A stretch of 64,000 bases of DNA from Diplonema japonicum (Eukaryota > Protista > Euglenozoa: Diplonemea), in the NCBI GenBank assembly GCA_964019335.1, contig OZ025692.1, positions 480,568 through 544,567 on the forward strand. Direction: 5' to 3'. Positions 25,022 through 36,052 of the stretch are shown here, in pieces. How positions within the stretch are numbered: the first letter of the stretch is position 1; each line of letters starts with the position of its first letter. The notes beneath the pieces were generated by a model. The model made no database searches, had not been told where the DNA came from, and was given only the letters and a program-made list of their open reading frames with translations. The translations under genes were made by a program, and so were the position numbers.

Positions 25022-26080
25022 TTATGCATAGTTCAGTTTAGGGCACATCTCCCTTAGGCTTGTTGGTTTTTTATTCACGAAAACGACAGCATTGCTGGGG
25101 ATCGTCTTGCCGTACCACCAGAAGGTTTTAATCCACCTCCCGAGGAAGGGTTTGGCCTGGCCGTTAAAGTGGAAAATAGATGGTGAGTTGCCTGTGAGGC
25201 AGTTCTTAAGAAACCTTGTGGATGAGTCCGGAACAGGAAGCAGTTTATTGTTCCCGTCCTTCTGGCAGTAGTGTCCCTCTGCCATACGCACCGACTGGAA
25301 TAGCTTTGTGTATGCATCGATCGTGAAGTTGTTCCGCCACCCATCATGGTACGCTTTTCCTATAACAGACTGATCGTTTCTCTGAACGGTGCCTTCTCTG
25401 TACTGTGGGAGGTAGTACTTCTCCACATGTTGAAGAAACCCACGCAGGACACCAGAAGGACCAAGGTAGAGCCCTGAGTTCAAGTATCTCCTCCCCCACG
25501 GCGTCATCGGGAAGTTTGTGTTGTTGCAGGCATGGTGGGGAAGGGATTGCACCGCGCAGTTGATCTCCGTGCTCATCGCGAACAAGTATTCCTTCCCCAG
25601 GAGGTCATGGTAGGCCTCAAGGATGGCATGGTTGTTTTTTTGGAACAGCGTGTCGGCGCCGTCGACGAAGCCCATCAGAGCGTCAGGGGGCAGGCCCTCC
25701 GAGAACTCGATGGCAAGAGGAATCTTCAACCATGTCGCCAGCCAACCGTCGAATTTTTTGTTCCCCCACCCCCAAATGTTCATTGTGATCTTGTTGTGCC
25801 AGGCACTGGCAAGAGTCTCACACCAGTAGTACCTTGGCGCGTTCAGTATAGTAAACCACGTCACGTCCTGCTGCTTCCAAGCGTCCTCATCATCCGGGTT
25901 AACAGTGTTACCATTGGCATCCACGAAGCTCTTTGTCGTGAAGGTCTTGTCTGCAGTAAACTCTCCTTGATCTAGCGTATGCCCTTTGCTCATAGTCGCC
26001 ACATTCCACCATATAACAAACACTGTGATGGCGGCAATCGAAACCACCATCCTGCCACCCTTACCACGTGGCTTCTTCAT
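25022..26080 (-). CDS. PLOD-type GT-A glycosyltransferase, membrane anchored
   Basis: TM anchor, FVDGADTLF, YLNSGLYLG, DQ, IDAYTKLFQ and IFHFNG motifs. Confidence 0.8.
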   Translation of the reverse strand: MKKPRGKGGRMVVSIAAITVFVIWWNVATMSKGHTLDQGEFTADKTFTTKSFVDANGNTVNPDDEDAWKQQDVTWFTILNAPRYYWCETLASAWHNKITMNIWGWGNKKFDGWLATWLKIPLAIEFSEGLPPDALMGFVDGADTLFQKNNHAILEAYHDLLGKEYLFAMSTEINCAVQSLPHHACNNTNFPMTPWGRRYLNSGLYLGPSGVLRGFLQHVEKYYLPQYREGTVQRNDQSVIGKAYHDGWRNNFTIDAYTKLFQSVRMAEGHYCQKDGNNKLLPVPDSSTRFLKNCLTGNSPSIFHFNGQAKPFLGRWIKTFWWYGKTIPSNAVVFVNKKPTSLREMCPKLNYA

Positions 26081-26142
26081 CTTCTGTATGGTATGATGAG
26101 GGGTATGATGACAGAGGCCAAAAATATTCATGTGCTGCAAAT

Positions 26143-27083
26143 TTACCTCATAAACTGCGTTGGAGAGCCCAATCCAAGAGAGAAATTCTGCAGTGTAGTG
26201 GGGGCCTGACCCTGGGGGAGTGGCAGGTAGGATAAGAGATTTGCGTTTTGCACAACAGGGATAGGCATCGCGAGGGGGACAGGAAGGGACGGGGAGGGTG
26301 TCTCTTTTATTGCGAACTGTGCAAGGAGGTCATTGGCGGGCTGCATAGGCACCGCTTCGGTCCTCTTCCTTTTGACAGCTCGCTCCTTCCGGAGAGCCTC
26401 CACTTTGCGCAGTTGCTGCCTCCTCCTGTTAAGCACGATAAGTGTATATTCCTCGATGTTGAGGCCTGCGACCTCCATGGTAGCTTTTGCTGCGGTTGTT
26501 TTGATGATCCTTGAAGGCCCTGCGGCCTGCAGCACTGTACGCGCGGAAGCGTCAATCTGTTCACACAGCGTGATACCGACGCTGTCGGGCACCAAACCTA
26601 TCGCTTCCCCTTTGCGTGGCACAGTGCCGATCTTCACCCATGCCATGCGTGCTATTCGGTTCCAGTGGCTCGGCAGTGTCCTAGTGTTCTTCGCCCTTTG
26701 TATGTCGAGTACCTTGTGTTGTGTTCATTTGTTTTGCGTTGCCAGGCGTACCTCTGATGTGATGACACCGTACCCCATGCAGCATGTTCCGATCGTCTCT
26801 TTGCAGGACACGATTATCAGTACTTTCTTGGCTTCTTGTATCACCTGCTCTAGTGCGTGGTTCACGTTGATGTACCCGCTCTCGATGCTCTTCCACACTT
26901 CAGCTCTGTCAGTTAGCTTCACGACAGCGTACACTGTGTTGCGTGGCATGCATGTGGCATGTGTCTGATAAAGTACCTTTTCTCTCTGTCTTGCTCGGGC
27001 TGTCGTGTCTCCCATCATGTACATTCAGAAGCGATCTAAGTTCGTGCGCCTGTTGTTTGTCTGTGTGATGGACAACATACCAT
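26143..27083 (-). CDS. Divergent YTH-like domain protein; introns 27050-27080, 26934-26976 and 26713-26751
   Basis: Three GT-AG introns join three track ORFs in frame: YAVVKLTDRAEVWKSIESGYIN...VLIIVS...MGYGVITS...MAWVK...VGITLCEQ, which follows the YTH pattern. The start is uncertain. Confidence 0.55.
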
Positions 27084-27939
27084 GTAGGGACTCCAACCAC
27101 CTATATGTGTCTGGTTACCCAACCACCTGTGTGCCTTAAGGAAAATAGAAGCGAACAAGCATAATAAGCGCATAAAAAGAAAGAACGAGCCAACATCCCA
27201 TCAGCACCTGTAGCAAGTGGCACCACTTAGTGATACGGCCTGCGTACACTACTTTTTTTAGTTGCCCTGCTCATCATCTCACAGTTCTTGCGACTGGCCA
27301 CGTCCCCGAGGCCAGTGCACAAGAACTCAGATAGGAAGAGCAACGCCTAAGGTACAAGAAAGGTGGAATAACATAGACAGAAACATAAAACGGTAGCAAT
27401 AAAGCGCCTGCGATATAAAAAAAAATAAAAAATAAAAGCGTGTGCCAAACAGGGCCCCGTGTAAGGCCTTCGGTGCTACCACCTATTTTGTAACACCAAA
27501 CGTGGTGCCACATCACATTCTCATCGCCAAAGCACTTTCGTCAGGCCAGCCCTGCAAGACAACTCATAGCTTTTTTTTTCCCCAGTTTTTTTCTTCTTTC
27601 CTTCTTGCATTTTCTTTATTATTATTTTTAACATCTGTATTTCTTTCTTTCTTCCAGCCTAACAAGGAAAAAAAAAACCCCCCCTAAAAACCCCTTCACC
27701 CAAGTGCTTTGGGCAAAATATCATTCATTTTAGGAGAATAAAAAAGGTGTGAGCACAATGCTAAAAAAGATTTTTTTAATAGCTTTAAAATTGCACACCA
27801 GGACCACGCCTCACACGCAAGGCTATCTATTTTTCTCTCTTTGTTTTTACGATTTGATGCCCCAAAGGGGCTCTTCGGCTAATACTACAAATGTTTTTTT
27901 TTTTTTCTTTTTCTTCTTCTTCTTTTTTTTTTCCCGTTC

Positions 27940-27977
<38 letters not shown>

Positions 27978-28051
27978 GCAATGTTCGACAAAAGACAATA
28001 GAAAGAAGTGGAGGGGGAAAGAAAAGGAGGGGAAGAAATGAAACTCGGAGA

Positions 28052-28451
28052 CTAGGCAAGGTCCTCGCCGAAGCTGAGAGACTCGCCTGTGATATAGCAG
28101 ACCAGCATCGCGAGAACTGTGGGTTGAGTTGAGTTGAGGGATTTAGTTCATTGTTGTTGAGATACCAATCGTGATGGCGGCGTAGACCCACAATAAAACT
28201 AATGAGATATCACTGACAGTCTGTGAGTGTTGTAATGGCCTTGTAGCGCACACCTTGCTGTCGGTTATTGACTGGAAGATCCCCAACGTGAGGGAGTTCA
28301 GTGCTAGTGCAATGATGATGGTCGCGGCGTACGAAATAAGATCTGCAAGCACGCTCTTCGCCTCGTTTGCAGTTTTCGAATTTGCGACGGACCCTGCAGC
28401 TCCCTTCACGTTCCCCGCCGCCCCTTTCATCTTCTGGTAGGCAGCAGACAT
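28052..28451 (-). CDS. Small two-TM membrane protein; introns 28221-28253 and 28117-28165
   Basis: Hydrophobic segments YAATIIIALALN and LLWVYAAITI|VLAMLVCYI. Two GT-AG introns preserve the frame. Confidence 0.65.
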
Positions 28452-28884
28452 GTTGTCAAGCGTGCTGTGCGGTGAATACGATGTGGAGGAAAGAAAAAAA
28501 AGGGGGAAAGGGGGTGGAGGGGATTAAAAGTATAAAAAAAAAAAAAAAGAGAAAAATAACCTTAATAGCATCATGTTTTCCGCATTAAAGGTGAGCCCTC
28601 TATCCACTCACCAAACGGGGGGGGGAAAGAAAAAAGAAGCTTTAGCTTTTATTTCTAGAAAGGGTTAAACTACCGGCAAGACACTTCACACTTCTGAACT
28701 AAACTAGTGGGTAGAAGTGCTCAAGAAACGAAGGGGGGGGATAAATATATAGGTTGTTAGGAATCAAATAAATGTAAAAGGGGAGCCGTGAGGAGAAGGA
28801 AAAAAAAAAGAGAAACAACCAAAAGAAACCAAATGCAGCTTGATACTCAGCAGCACTAAACTAACAGGAGATAGCCACATTGGC

Positions 28885-30329
28885 CTACATTGCAGGAGTT
28901 GGCTTCTTGGGCGGCTCCTCCTCGGTGTCGCCCTCAGTGTTGCCCTCGGCATTCCACAGGCCTGCGGCAGTGCATTTCTTAAGCCACTTCTCTGCATCCT
29001 CGTTCCCAAGCTCCTCGATGGCCTTGTGTAGTGGCTCGATCTCCCTGGAGCGGAAGGCGTCCTGCAGACACCTCGGCAGCTCCTTGAACAACTCAACGGG
29101 GTCGACACCACCAGGCCCCAGTCTCTCCTCTCGAGGGACGTCATTGGGTAGCCACCAGCAGTAGTCCGGCGAGCTCTCCAGCTCTTCTTTCTCTTCCTGC
29201 TCCTTCTTCAGTGTCGCCAAATCAATCACGATAAGATTCTCTTCCTTCAGAGCCTTCTCCCCATGCTCGGGTACAATCACCCCAATCCTCCCAGACTTCA
29301 ACCTTCCCTTAATCTCTGCCCTGAGGCCGTTCAGGTGAGCAGCACCCTTCAAACCTGTGATCTCCACAATCATCCCCTCGGAATACTTATCACCACCAGG
29401 GGGCAGCCCCAGATCCTGCTCCTTCTTCTTTTCAACGGCTCTGTCCACGATGCGCTGCGCAAAGCTGTCAACACCCTCAAGGAAGACAGAGAACCTTTTG
29501 GGGTCCTTCAATTTCTCGAAGAACGGGTTCACGATGTTGCCGGGGTGGCGGCGCTCGGTTTTCGCAAGCTCGGTAATGCTGCTCAGCACCTGAGACTGGC
29601 GTGCCATGATCTTCATCTTGTCCCTCTTGCCTGCCATTTCCATCTCAAGGCAGCCGAGAAGCAGATGCCATGACGCATGCTCTTGCAGAAGGATATTACC
29701 GTTTTCCAGAAGCATCTTGTGCGTATCTTCGATGGACTTCAAGCACGAGAACGAATCAAGGAGGTCCTTGTACTTCTCTTCGTACTCCTGGTATGATTGC
29801 ACTTTGGTGTCCTGTATAGGTTGATGGATTATTACTTCAAATAGAAGCATACCTCACTAAGAGCATCTCCCTTCATGAAGCTCTTGTCTTTTTCTGTCGA
29901 AGGTGGCAGCGAGTACCCGTCAGAGTGCGATCCGCTAGCGTTCTGCGCAGGAATTAATTAAGCATTGTCATAGCACACCTCATGGTTAACCAATGTGCGC
30001 TCCTCCTTCACTTTGCAGATGTTATCGACGTTCCATTTCTTGTTCTTTTCCATCTTCTCCAACCGTGCTTTGGCTTTGTCAATGATTGCTTGTTGCTTTT
30101 CCTTCTCGCTCGCAGATATATCCTGCCCCAGTTTCTCTTTCGCTTCGGCCATGTCCTTCGTAAGCTGTTCCACTTCTTTAGCTTCTTCTTCTTCTCTTTG
30201 CACTCGCTGCTGATGCTTCAGCCTAAACCAGGTGCCCTTCTCAATATTGGGATGCACATCAGACTCATCGTCACTGAGCTCGATGTTGTCCCATTTGCTG
30301 TAGTCTGTGATCCCTGCCTTCCTCGCCAT
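28885..30329 (-). CDS. CDC37: Hsp90 co-chaperone Cdc37; introns 29943-29978 and 29812-29852
   Basis: DYSKWDNIELSDDE, HPNI, WNVD, RLGPGGVDPVELFKELP and C..AGLW. Confidence 0.92.
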
Positions 30330-30386
30330 TTTATGTTACCTGTGGTAAAATCAACTGATATATCTCTAAACTTGCTCGTCACTATG

Positions 30387-32070
30387 CTACGCAATGAATG
30401 GGTGGTGCAAGGCCTCGTCGGGGGTCATGCGCAGCCTGTGCGTGTCGTGTAAAAAAATACGAACATCACATACTTTGGGTTTAGAACTGTTGCCCTCGAA
30501 ATAAAGTCAGCCAATTCGTTGATCTGCTGTTTTTCTTCGCTGGAACTCTGCGGTGCTTTTGCCTGTGGTGATTGTTGTAAAATTGCTAGTGGTGTCTTGT
30601 GGTGTGGCATACCGTGTCCTCGAGCAACGAGCGCACTGGCCTCACAGGTTGGAAGTAGGTTTTCGTCCTTTCCTTAGGCTTCTTAGTGACAGGATCGGTC
30701 TCCATGTGTATGAACTGTGTGTGTGTGAGTATAGCGTACTTTAAACATACCACCAGGTCGTCGTTGTAGTACTTGTCTTTGAAGGCTGCCTGCCGCACAA
30801 GCTTCTTTGGGAATGCACCTCGCACCTCTTGCTGCAAGTGGAGCATCTGATTGTTAGAAGAACCTGGAAACAGCATCTTGCCAGTGTATAGCTCGTAAAC
30901 GGTGACCCCCAACGACCACATGTCCATCGCATGTCCGTAGGGAAGCCCGAGAATCACTTCAGGCGAGCGGTAGAACCTGGACACCAAGTAAGGTGTTATT
31001 TCAACTTCGCTGGACATCATCCCTGACCCGAAGTCAGACAGCTTCACCACCTGATGCGAGGAGTCCACAAGAATGTTGTCGGGTTTGAAATCTGCGTGCA
31101 ATATACTGCACGCCACCAAGTATTTTAAACAGACAGCCAGCTGCCGTGTGAAGCTCTTGACCGCTTTCAGCGACAACCCCACCATGGAGCCTGCCTTCTT
31201 GCCATATTTCATGACGATTTCACGCAAGTTGCAGTCCATCGGTTCCAGCACCAAGCATATATGGTTTCGGTGAGAAAATGAATCAAGCATCCTGATGCAA
31301 TGCTGCGATCCGGAAGGGTCATTTGTAGCAAGCAGCTTGAGGATGTCAAGCTCTTTTAAAGCCGTCTTTGTCATTGTCTCGTTCGCCCTGACGACCTTTA
31401 TCGCCACGCTCTGCTTGGTATGCGTGTCACGTGCTTTCAGCACGATTGAGAAAACACCACTCCCTAGCTTCCCTTCAACTTGATATTTTTTGTCCAGTGC
31501 TTCGCCCGTCTTAAATGCATAGTACCCGTCCTTGTCCGTCCAGTTGTCTGTTAGGAGAAGGTTCTCCTCCCCCGCATCGTCAATGGCCATGTTCATGCTG
31601 TCGATAACAGGATGCGCCTCGTCTTCACCAAACATGTCAAACTCCTTGCCTGCATGGGGCTTCTCGCATTTCTGCTCTGGCTCTTCTTCTGGTTGTTCTT
31701 TTGGTTGCTCCACCGTCTTTTCGATTAGCTTTTTTGGTTCCGCTGTATATTTATTCGCCAACCTTTCCATTCGCTTTCGTCTCTCTGCTTCAAGCCGCGC
31801 AGCATCTTCCTCGGACGCTTCAGACTCGCTGTGCTCGCTTATCTCATCCATCCAATTCGGTCGTACCTGTAGAACAACAGGCTCTGCCTTCACCTCTTCT
31901 TTCCTTGATTTTTCTGTCGGTTCCCTCTCTACTGCCGCACGGTGTCTCTTGTGTCTTTTGTAGCTGTCTTCAGAGTCTCGCCTGCGCCTCCTGTAAGTGT
32001 TGTGGAAAGAAAAGAACAAGCACATGGCATACCTCCTTTCATAACTCTCAGAAGATCTTCGCCGTCTCAT
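30387..32070 (-). CDS. PRP4K: PRP4 kinase (CMGC); introns 31991-32032, 30715-30750, 30563-30612 and 30436-30473
   Basis: RS-rich N-terminus, LTDNWTDKDGYY, HADFKPDNIL, ITPYLVSRFYRSPE. Splicing restores the terminal RMTPDEALHHPFI. Confidence 0.92.
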
Positions 32071-32129
32071 TTTGGTTACTCGATAACTGTTGTGATTGAG
32101 AGGCTTTAAAAACCTAATACCAAAGCAGG

Positions 32130-32993
32130 TTAGCCTGTAAAAGAGATAGTTTGGACACAGCCGGCTGCATCCAATGCTAGTAACTGGTTGCCATGAGGCA
32201 CGGAGGCAACTCCTACGAGTAGAGTTGACGGGTGGATAGTGTGGGTGGATGTACATTGTCCCGTCAGGGATTCCTGCTTGTACAGACTGATAGAGCACCC
32301 TGAACAGAGAGCGAAGCCGCCCTTGAGGCATAGGATTTTGAACGGGTTATAGTCGATATCTGTCTTTGCCACTATTGGGCTCGGCACGAAGGGGTCAATG
32401 GTGGCCAATATGTAATCAGCAGTGACCATGACATGAGTTGCCGTGGCTGTCATCGCGGTGGGGCGCATGTTCAGAGACAAGCTCTTCTCGAGAGTGCCAA
32501 GAGACGTGAGGATATACAAGCCGCCGTTTGAGGTGACAGCAGCAATGTAATGACCCATAGCGGCGAGGTGGATGCTGCACGGGGCGCCTTCCGTTAGATT
32601 TGTTTTCCACGTCGCACCGTTGCCCCACATGTCGTACCTGCCAATGAGGCCTTTGGTGTCAGCTGCTACAAGACACGACAGACCTAGGGGGTCAGTGTAG
32701 TTAACAACAGAAGTGATCGGTGCGTTACCTAAATTGTCGCGCAACACTTCGGCACCTTCGTACATTCCAACAATCCCCCCCTCTGCTGTCCCCACCCCCA
32801 CCATGGCCTCCCCCTCTATGCACGTCACCATGTCACCTTCGTTGATGAGGGTGCTCCCTATCCGCGAGCCTTTCTCGATGTTCCATTTTACGACGCACCC
32901 GCTGACACCTATCATGCCCACCTTTTCATATGTGCTGTAGCCTATGCTCTCAGCATGGCTGTCGAGTCTACATGTAGTCCGCTCAACTTGCAT
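32130..32993 (-). CDS. Beta-strand-rich, WD40/propeller-like protein; 5' end uncertain
   Basis: 287-aa ORF with repeated beta-blade-like segments (VTCI...GTAEG, ITSV...ADTKGLIGRYD). Confidence 0.6.
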   Translation of the reverse strand: MQVERTTCRLDSHAESIGYSTYEKVGMIGVSGCVVKWNIEKGSRIGSTLINEGDMVTCIEGEAMVGVGTAEGGIVGMYEGAEVLRDNLGNAPITSVVNYTDPLGLSCLVAADTKGLIGRYDMWGNGATWKTNLTEGAPCSIHLAAMGHYIAAVTSNGGLYILTSLGTLEKSLSLNMRPTAMTATATHVMVTADYILATIDPFVPSPIVAKTDIDYNPFKILCLKGGFALCSGCSISLYKQESLTGQCTSTHTIHPSTLLVGVASVPHGNQLLALDAAGCVQTISFTG

Positions 32994-33664
32994 GGTGAGC
33001 TACCTGTGATAGTATAGCAAGTGCCGTGCTGGGCTAATATGTCTAAAAGAAAAAGAGGTGGGTGCATTAAAGCATCTTGACTTCGTTCGTCTGTCAAGGA
33101 CGTACTGCATATTTAATGATTGTGGTAATAGCACTGAAAGACAGGTTCTTGAACTCTGTCCGTGCGGATCCCATAGAGCCTAGCAAGAAAGAACAAAATA
33201 ATTATTTATAACTATATATCTTTGTTATTCGCACAAGCAAAAAAAGTGTCTTTTTAGGTGATTTAAAAAGCTGCGAAAGTTTTTTCTGGCAAGTTGCAAG
33301 TTTTTGCTCGGCACAACTTGGCTATATAGTTATAATAACATTTTTTGAACGATAAATATTTGTAACAAAGAAACACAAAAAAACACAAAAAAGAAAAAAG
33401 GGGAAAAAAGAAAAAAACGATAAACGAAAAGCGCCAGAATTAGAAAAAAGGAAAGTAACAAATTATAATAGAATATATCGAGGCGCGCACGCCACGTGAG
33501 TAATGCTTAGCTTTACGAGGAACTTATTTTCCATCTGTTCTCGCGCTGTGCCATTCTATAAACTATGACCCCCTATCAAAAACCATCATGTGCGAAGCCC
33601 TCGGGTGTAAGCATATGCGTTCCACAGGATCGCTTATCACGGCACGTTAGCAGGCTGTATTTTC

Positions 33665-36052
33665 TCACGAGGCAGCCAGTGTCACAACCTTCTTGCCCTT
33701 ACACAAACTGTTTTGTACGCTTAAAATAACCTCATCCTCTTCTTGGTGTGCAGCTATCAGCCGCTGGTTGTTGGTTGCAAAGGCATTCCAGTAATCATCA
33801 GACCAGCACCATGAGTCTCCAGTGTGTTTAAGGCTGACTACCCTGTCGCGCTCATGTTTGATCATGCTTGTGAGATCTGTGTCGTCGAGCCTTGCGACAG
33901 ACACTTCATAGACGACGAGTGGCTGCATCCTGTCATGGGTGTGTGCGTCCCACGTCGTGAGCGGTCGCAAGATGCTTTTTAGATCGGACCTTAGGCCTGC
34001 GAAGAAGTGCGACAGAGACGACGACGAGAAGAGAACTGAGGTTTTGAATTCTGATGCGGACGCTGCCATCATTCCGCTCAGTGTGACCAGGTCACCGATC
34101 ACTGTGACAAAGCGCTGCACGTTGGTCCCTATCGTTGCTGTCACAGCGGAGCCAGTGCTGAGCCCCACGCGTATCTCATTACTTGGAGATCCTTTGTTCA
34201 GGATAAGCGACGTGAACCGTAAGGAACTTTCAAAGTGTGTCGATGTTTTCTTTGCGGTGTTCCATCCCACTGTGATCACAGACCCGACCACAGCCACTAC
34301 TGTGCCCCCACACCTGTCCAGCACGTGCAACGTTCGACAAACCTTCTCATTCATTGCACTGTAGTCTTCGGTGCCGTTGGTAGTTTTTACTTCGACGCAT
34401 GCCACTGTTGCATTCGCAATGTGTTCCAGTCGCGAATTGGTTTCTGGCTGCTCAGACATCGCAGTAACCCGTGAAAGAGACCCATCTGATACCTGGGGGT
34501 ACTGGGCCATTTCGTTACTGGTGTTGCTACTTCTCTTGCTTTGCAACCTGCCTTGGACATACGACCGTCTCCCTTGTAAACTTTGCGGAATGATAGCAGA
34601 GAGCTTCTTGGTACCTGTCACACCCTTGAGGGAGACAGCACCCATTGGGATTTCCACAAAGCGAAACGAGCTATCTAGTTCTTCCAGCACTTCAGGTGTC
34701 ACCACTATGGCTCCTCCCACCGAGGCGGCCTCCACACGAGCAGCAACATTGACAGTATTCCCGAAATAGTCAAAGCGTCCTATTATGGCATTCAGCTCCG
34801 GCTCTGCCTCACCGTAGTGAATCCCGATCCTGACACGGATCCCGTTCCACAGCCCGTCCCCACCCTGCGCGCACATTGGTAGCTCAAGCAAGTCTGCAGG
34901 CCATTGACATTTTGTCAACTCGCTCTGCACTGAAAGAGCGAAGTCCACAGCGTCAGTCGAGGAAGAAAAGGCAACCATGAAAGCGTCGCCAATGGTCTTT
35001 ACTTCATATCCCTGACACAGGTCGATGTGCTGCCTAATGGTTTTGTTGTGGAGCTTCAGACCTTTCTTCATCCCGCTTGGGCATGCCTCCCAGATAGCTG
35101 TCGACCCTTCGATGTCGGTGAATGCAATAGCTACTTTTTGATCACCGCTACCTGTCCCGGGTGGCATGATGTTGTTCTTTAGCGGGCTGTCATGTCTTGT
35201 ATCCCCTTCACTTTCAAAGAGAGCATCTGGCAAGAACGGTTTGTACATTCGTAGATTCTGCAGGATATTGTCAAATGCCGCGAATAGCTTTGGGGGCAAG
35301 TTCCTTTGTTCAAGGTTGAGGACGTCCTCTGCGGTGTCAAGGTCGAAGTCTGCGAGGCTCCCTGCTATTCTCTCCGCCGTTTCGACAGAGGCTTCCACCT
35401 TGGCCTTTTCTTTTAAAAGGCTCTCGGCGAACCCCCTCGTGAAATAAAAGTCCAGAAGAAATACAGCAATGCTGATAATATAGCTCTGAAGAGGGCGGGA
35501 TATGTCGGCACAAGGTAGTTTGTCACATGAGTAGTGGGAGGTTCTGTCCTCTTGGCTGGAGAGACCAGGTAGGTCGAATAGACCAAAACGGAACATGCTC
35601 TCAAATGTGATTAGAGCCAAATAAAGCAGCACGAAAACAACGATGATCTTGTTGTAACAAGGGTCCACACGATTGACCAGGAGCACGTCGATGATGATGA
35701 CCTGCACGGGCCAGGCACGGTCTCTACCCTCAGCAACTCCAACGAAATCGTAGATCGTTATGCCTAGACAGCAGATCCCAAGAAAGCTACTTAAGATGCC
35801 TGTTGTCATCCGCTTTGTGGTTACCAAGTGCACAAAGAAAGCAGCACACACAACCATCATCACAAGACTGGTGTAGGTGCCGGCATCCGTTGTCACAAAG
35901 TACACTGAACCATTCAGAATAAACGACAGCACATACAGCACGAACATGCTTGTCTTACGCAGCGACATGACTTCATCATCGATGTCGAGGATGATGAGGC
36001 TGGATATTCTTTCCTGCACCCATGTTTTGAAGACCATAGTTCCTGTATGCAT
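33665..36052 (-). CDS. Multi-TM class III adenylate cyclase with a second, degenerate cyclase domain
   Basis: FTDIEGST, YEVKTIGDAFMV, RVRIGIH and DYFGNTVNVAARVE (euglenozoan receptor-AC style). About six N-terminal TM segments and a C-terminal IRVGLSTG...VIGD repeat. Confidence 0.9.
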   Translation of the reverse strand: MHTGTMVFKTWVQERISSLIILDIDDEVMSLRKTSMFVLYVLSFILNGSVYFVTTDAGTYTSLVMMVVCAAFFVHLVTTKRMTTGILSSFLGICCLGITIYDFVGVAEGRDRAWPVQVIIIDVLLVNRVDPCYNKIIVVFVLLYLALITFESMFRFGLFDLPGLSSQEDRTSHYSCDKLPCADISRPLQSYIISIAVFLLDFYFTRGFAESLLKEKAKVEASVETAERIAGSLADFDLDTAEDVLNLEQRNLPPKLFAAFDNILQNLRMYKPFLPDALFESEGDTRHDSPLKNNIMPPGTGSGDQKVAIAFTDIEGSTAIWEACPSGMKKGLKLHNKTIRQHIDLCQGYEVKTIGDAFMVAFSSSTDAVDFALSVQSELTKCQWPADLLELPMCAQGGDGLWNGIRVRIGIHYGEAEPELNAIIGRFDYFGNTVNVAARVEAASVGGAIVVTPEVLEELDSSFRFVEIPMGAVSLKGVTGTKKLSAIIPQSLQGRRSYVQGRLQSKRSSNTSNEMAQYPQVSDGSLSRVTAMSEQPETNSRLEHIANATVACVEVKTTNGTEDYSAMNEKVCRTLHVLDRCGGTVVAVVGSVITVGWNTAKKTSTHFESSLRFTSLILNKGSPSNEIRVGLSTGSAVTATIGTNVQRFVTVIGDLVTLSGMMAASASEFKTSVLFSSSSLSHFFAGLRSDLKSILRPLTTWDAHTHDRMQPLVVYEVSVARLDDTDLTSMIKHERDRVVSLKHTGDSWCWSDDYWNAFATNNQRLIAAHQEEDEVILSVQNSLCKGKKVVTLAAS

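Noticed and set aside
32071-32331. N-terminal extension of PRP4K overlapping the WD-like gene
   Set aside because: The ATG at 32070 gives a typical RS-rich start; the upstream frame overlaps another gene.
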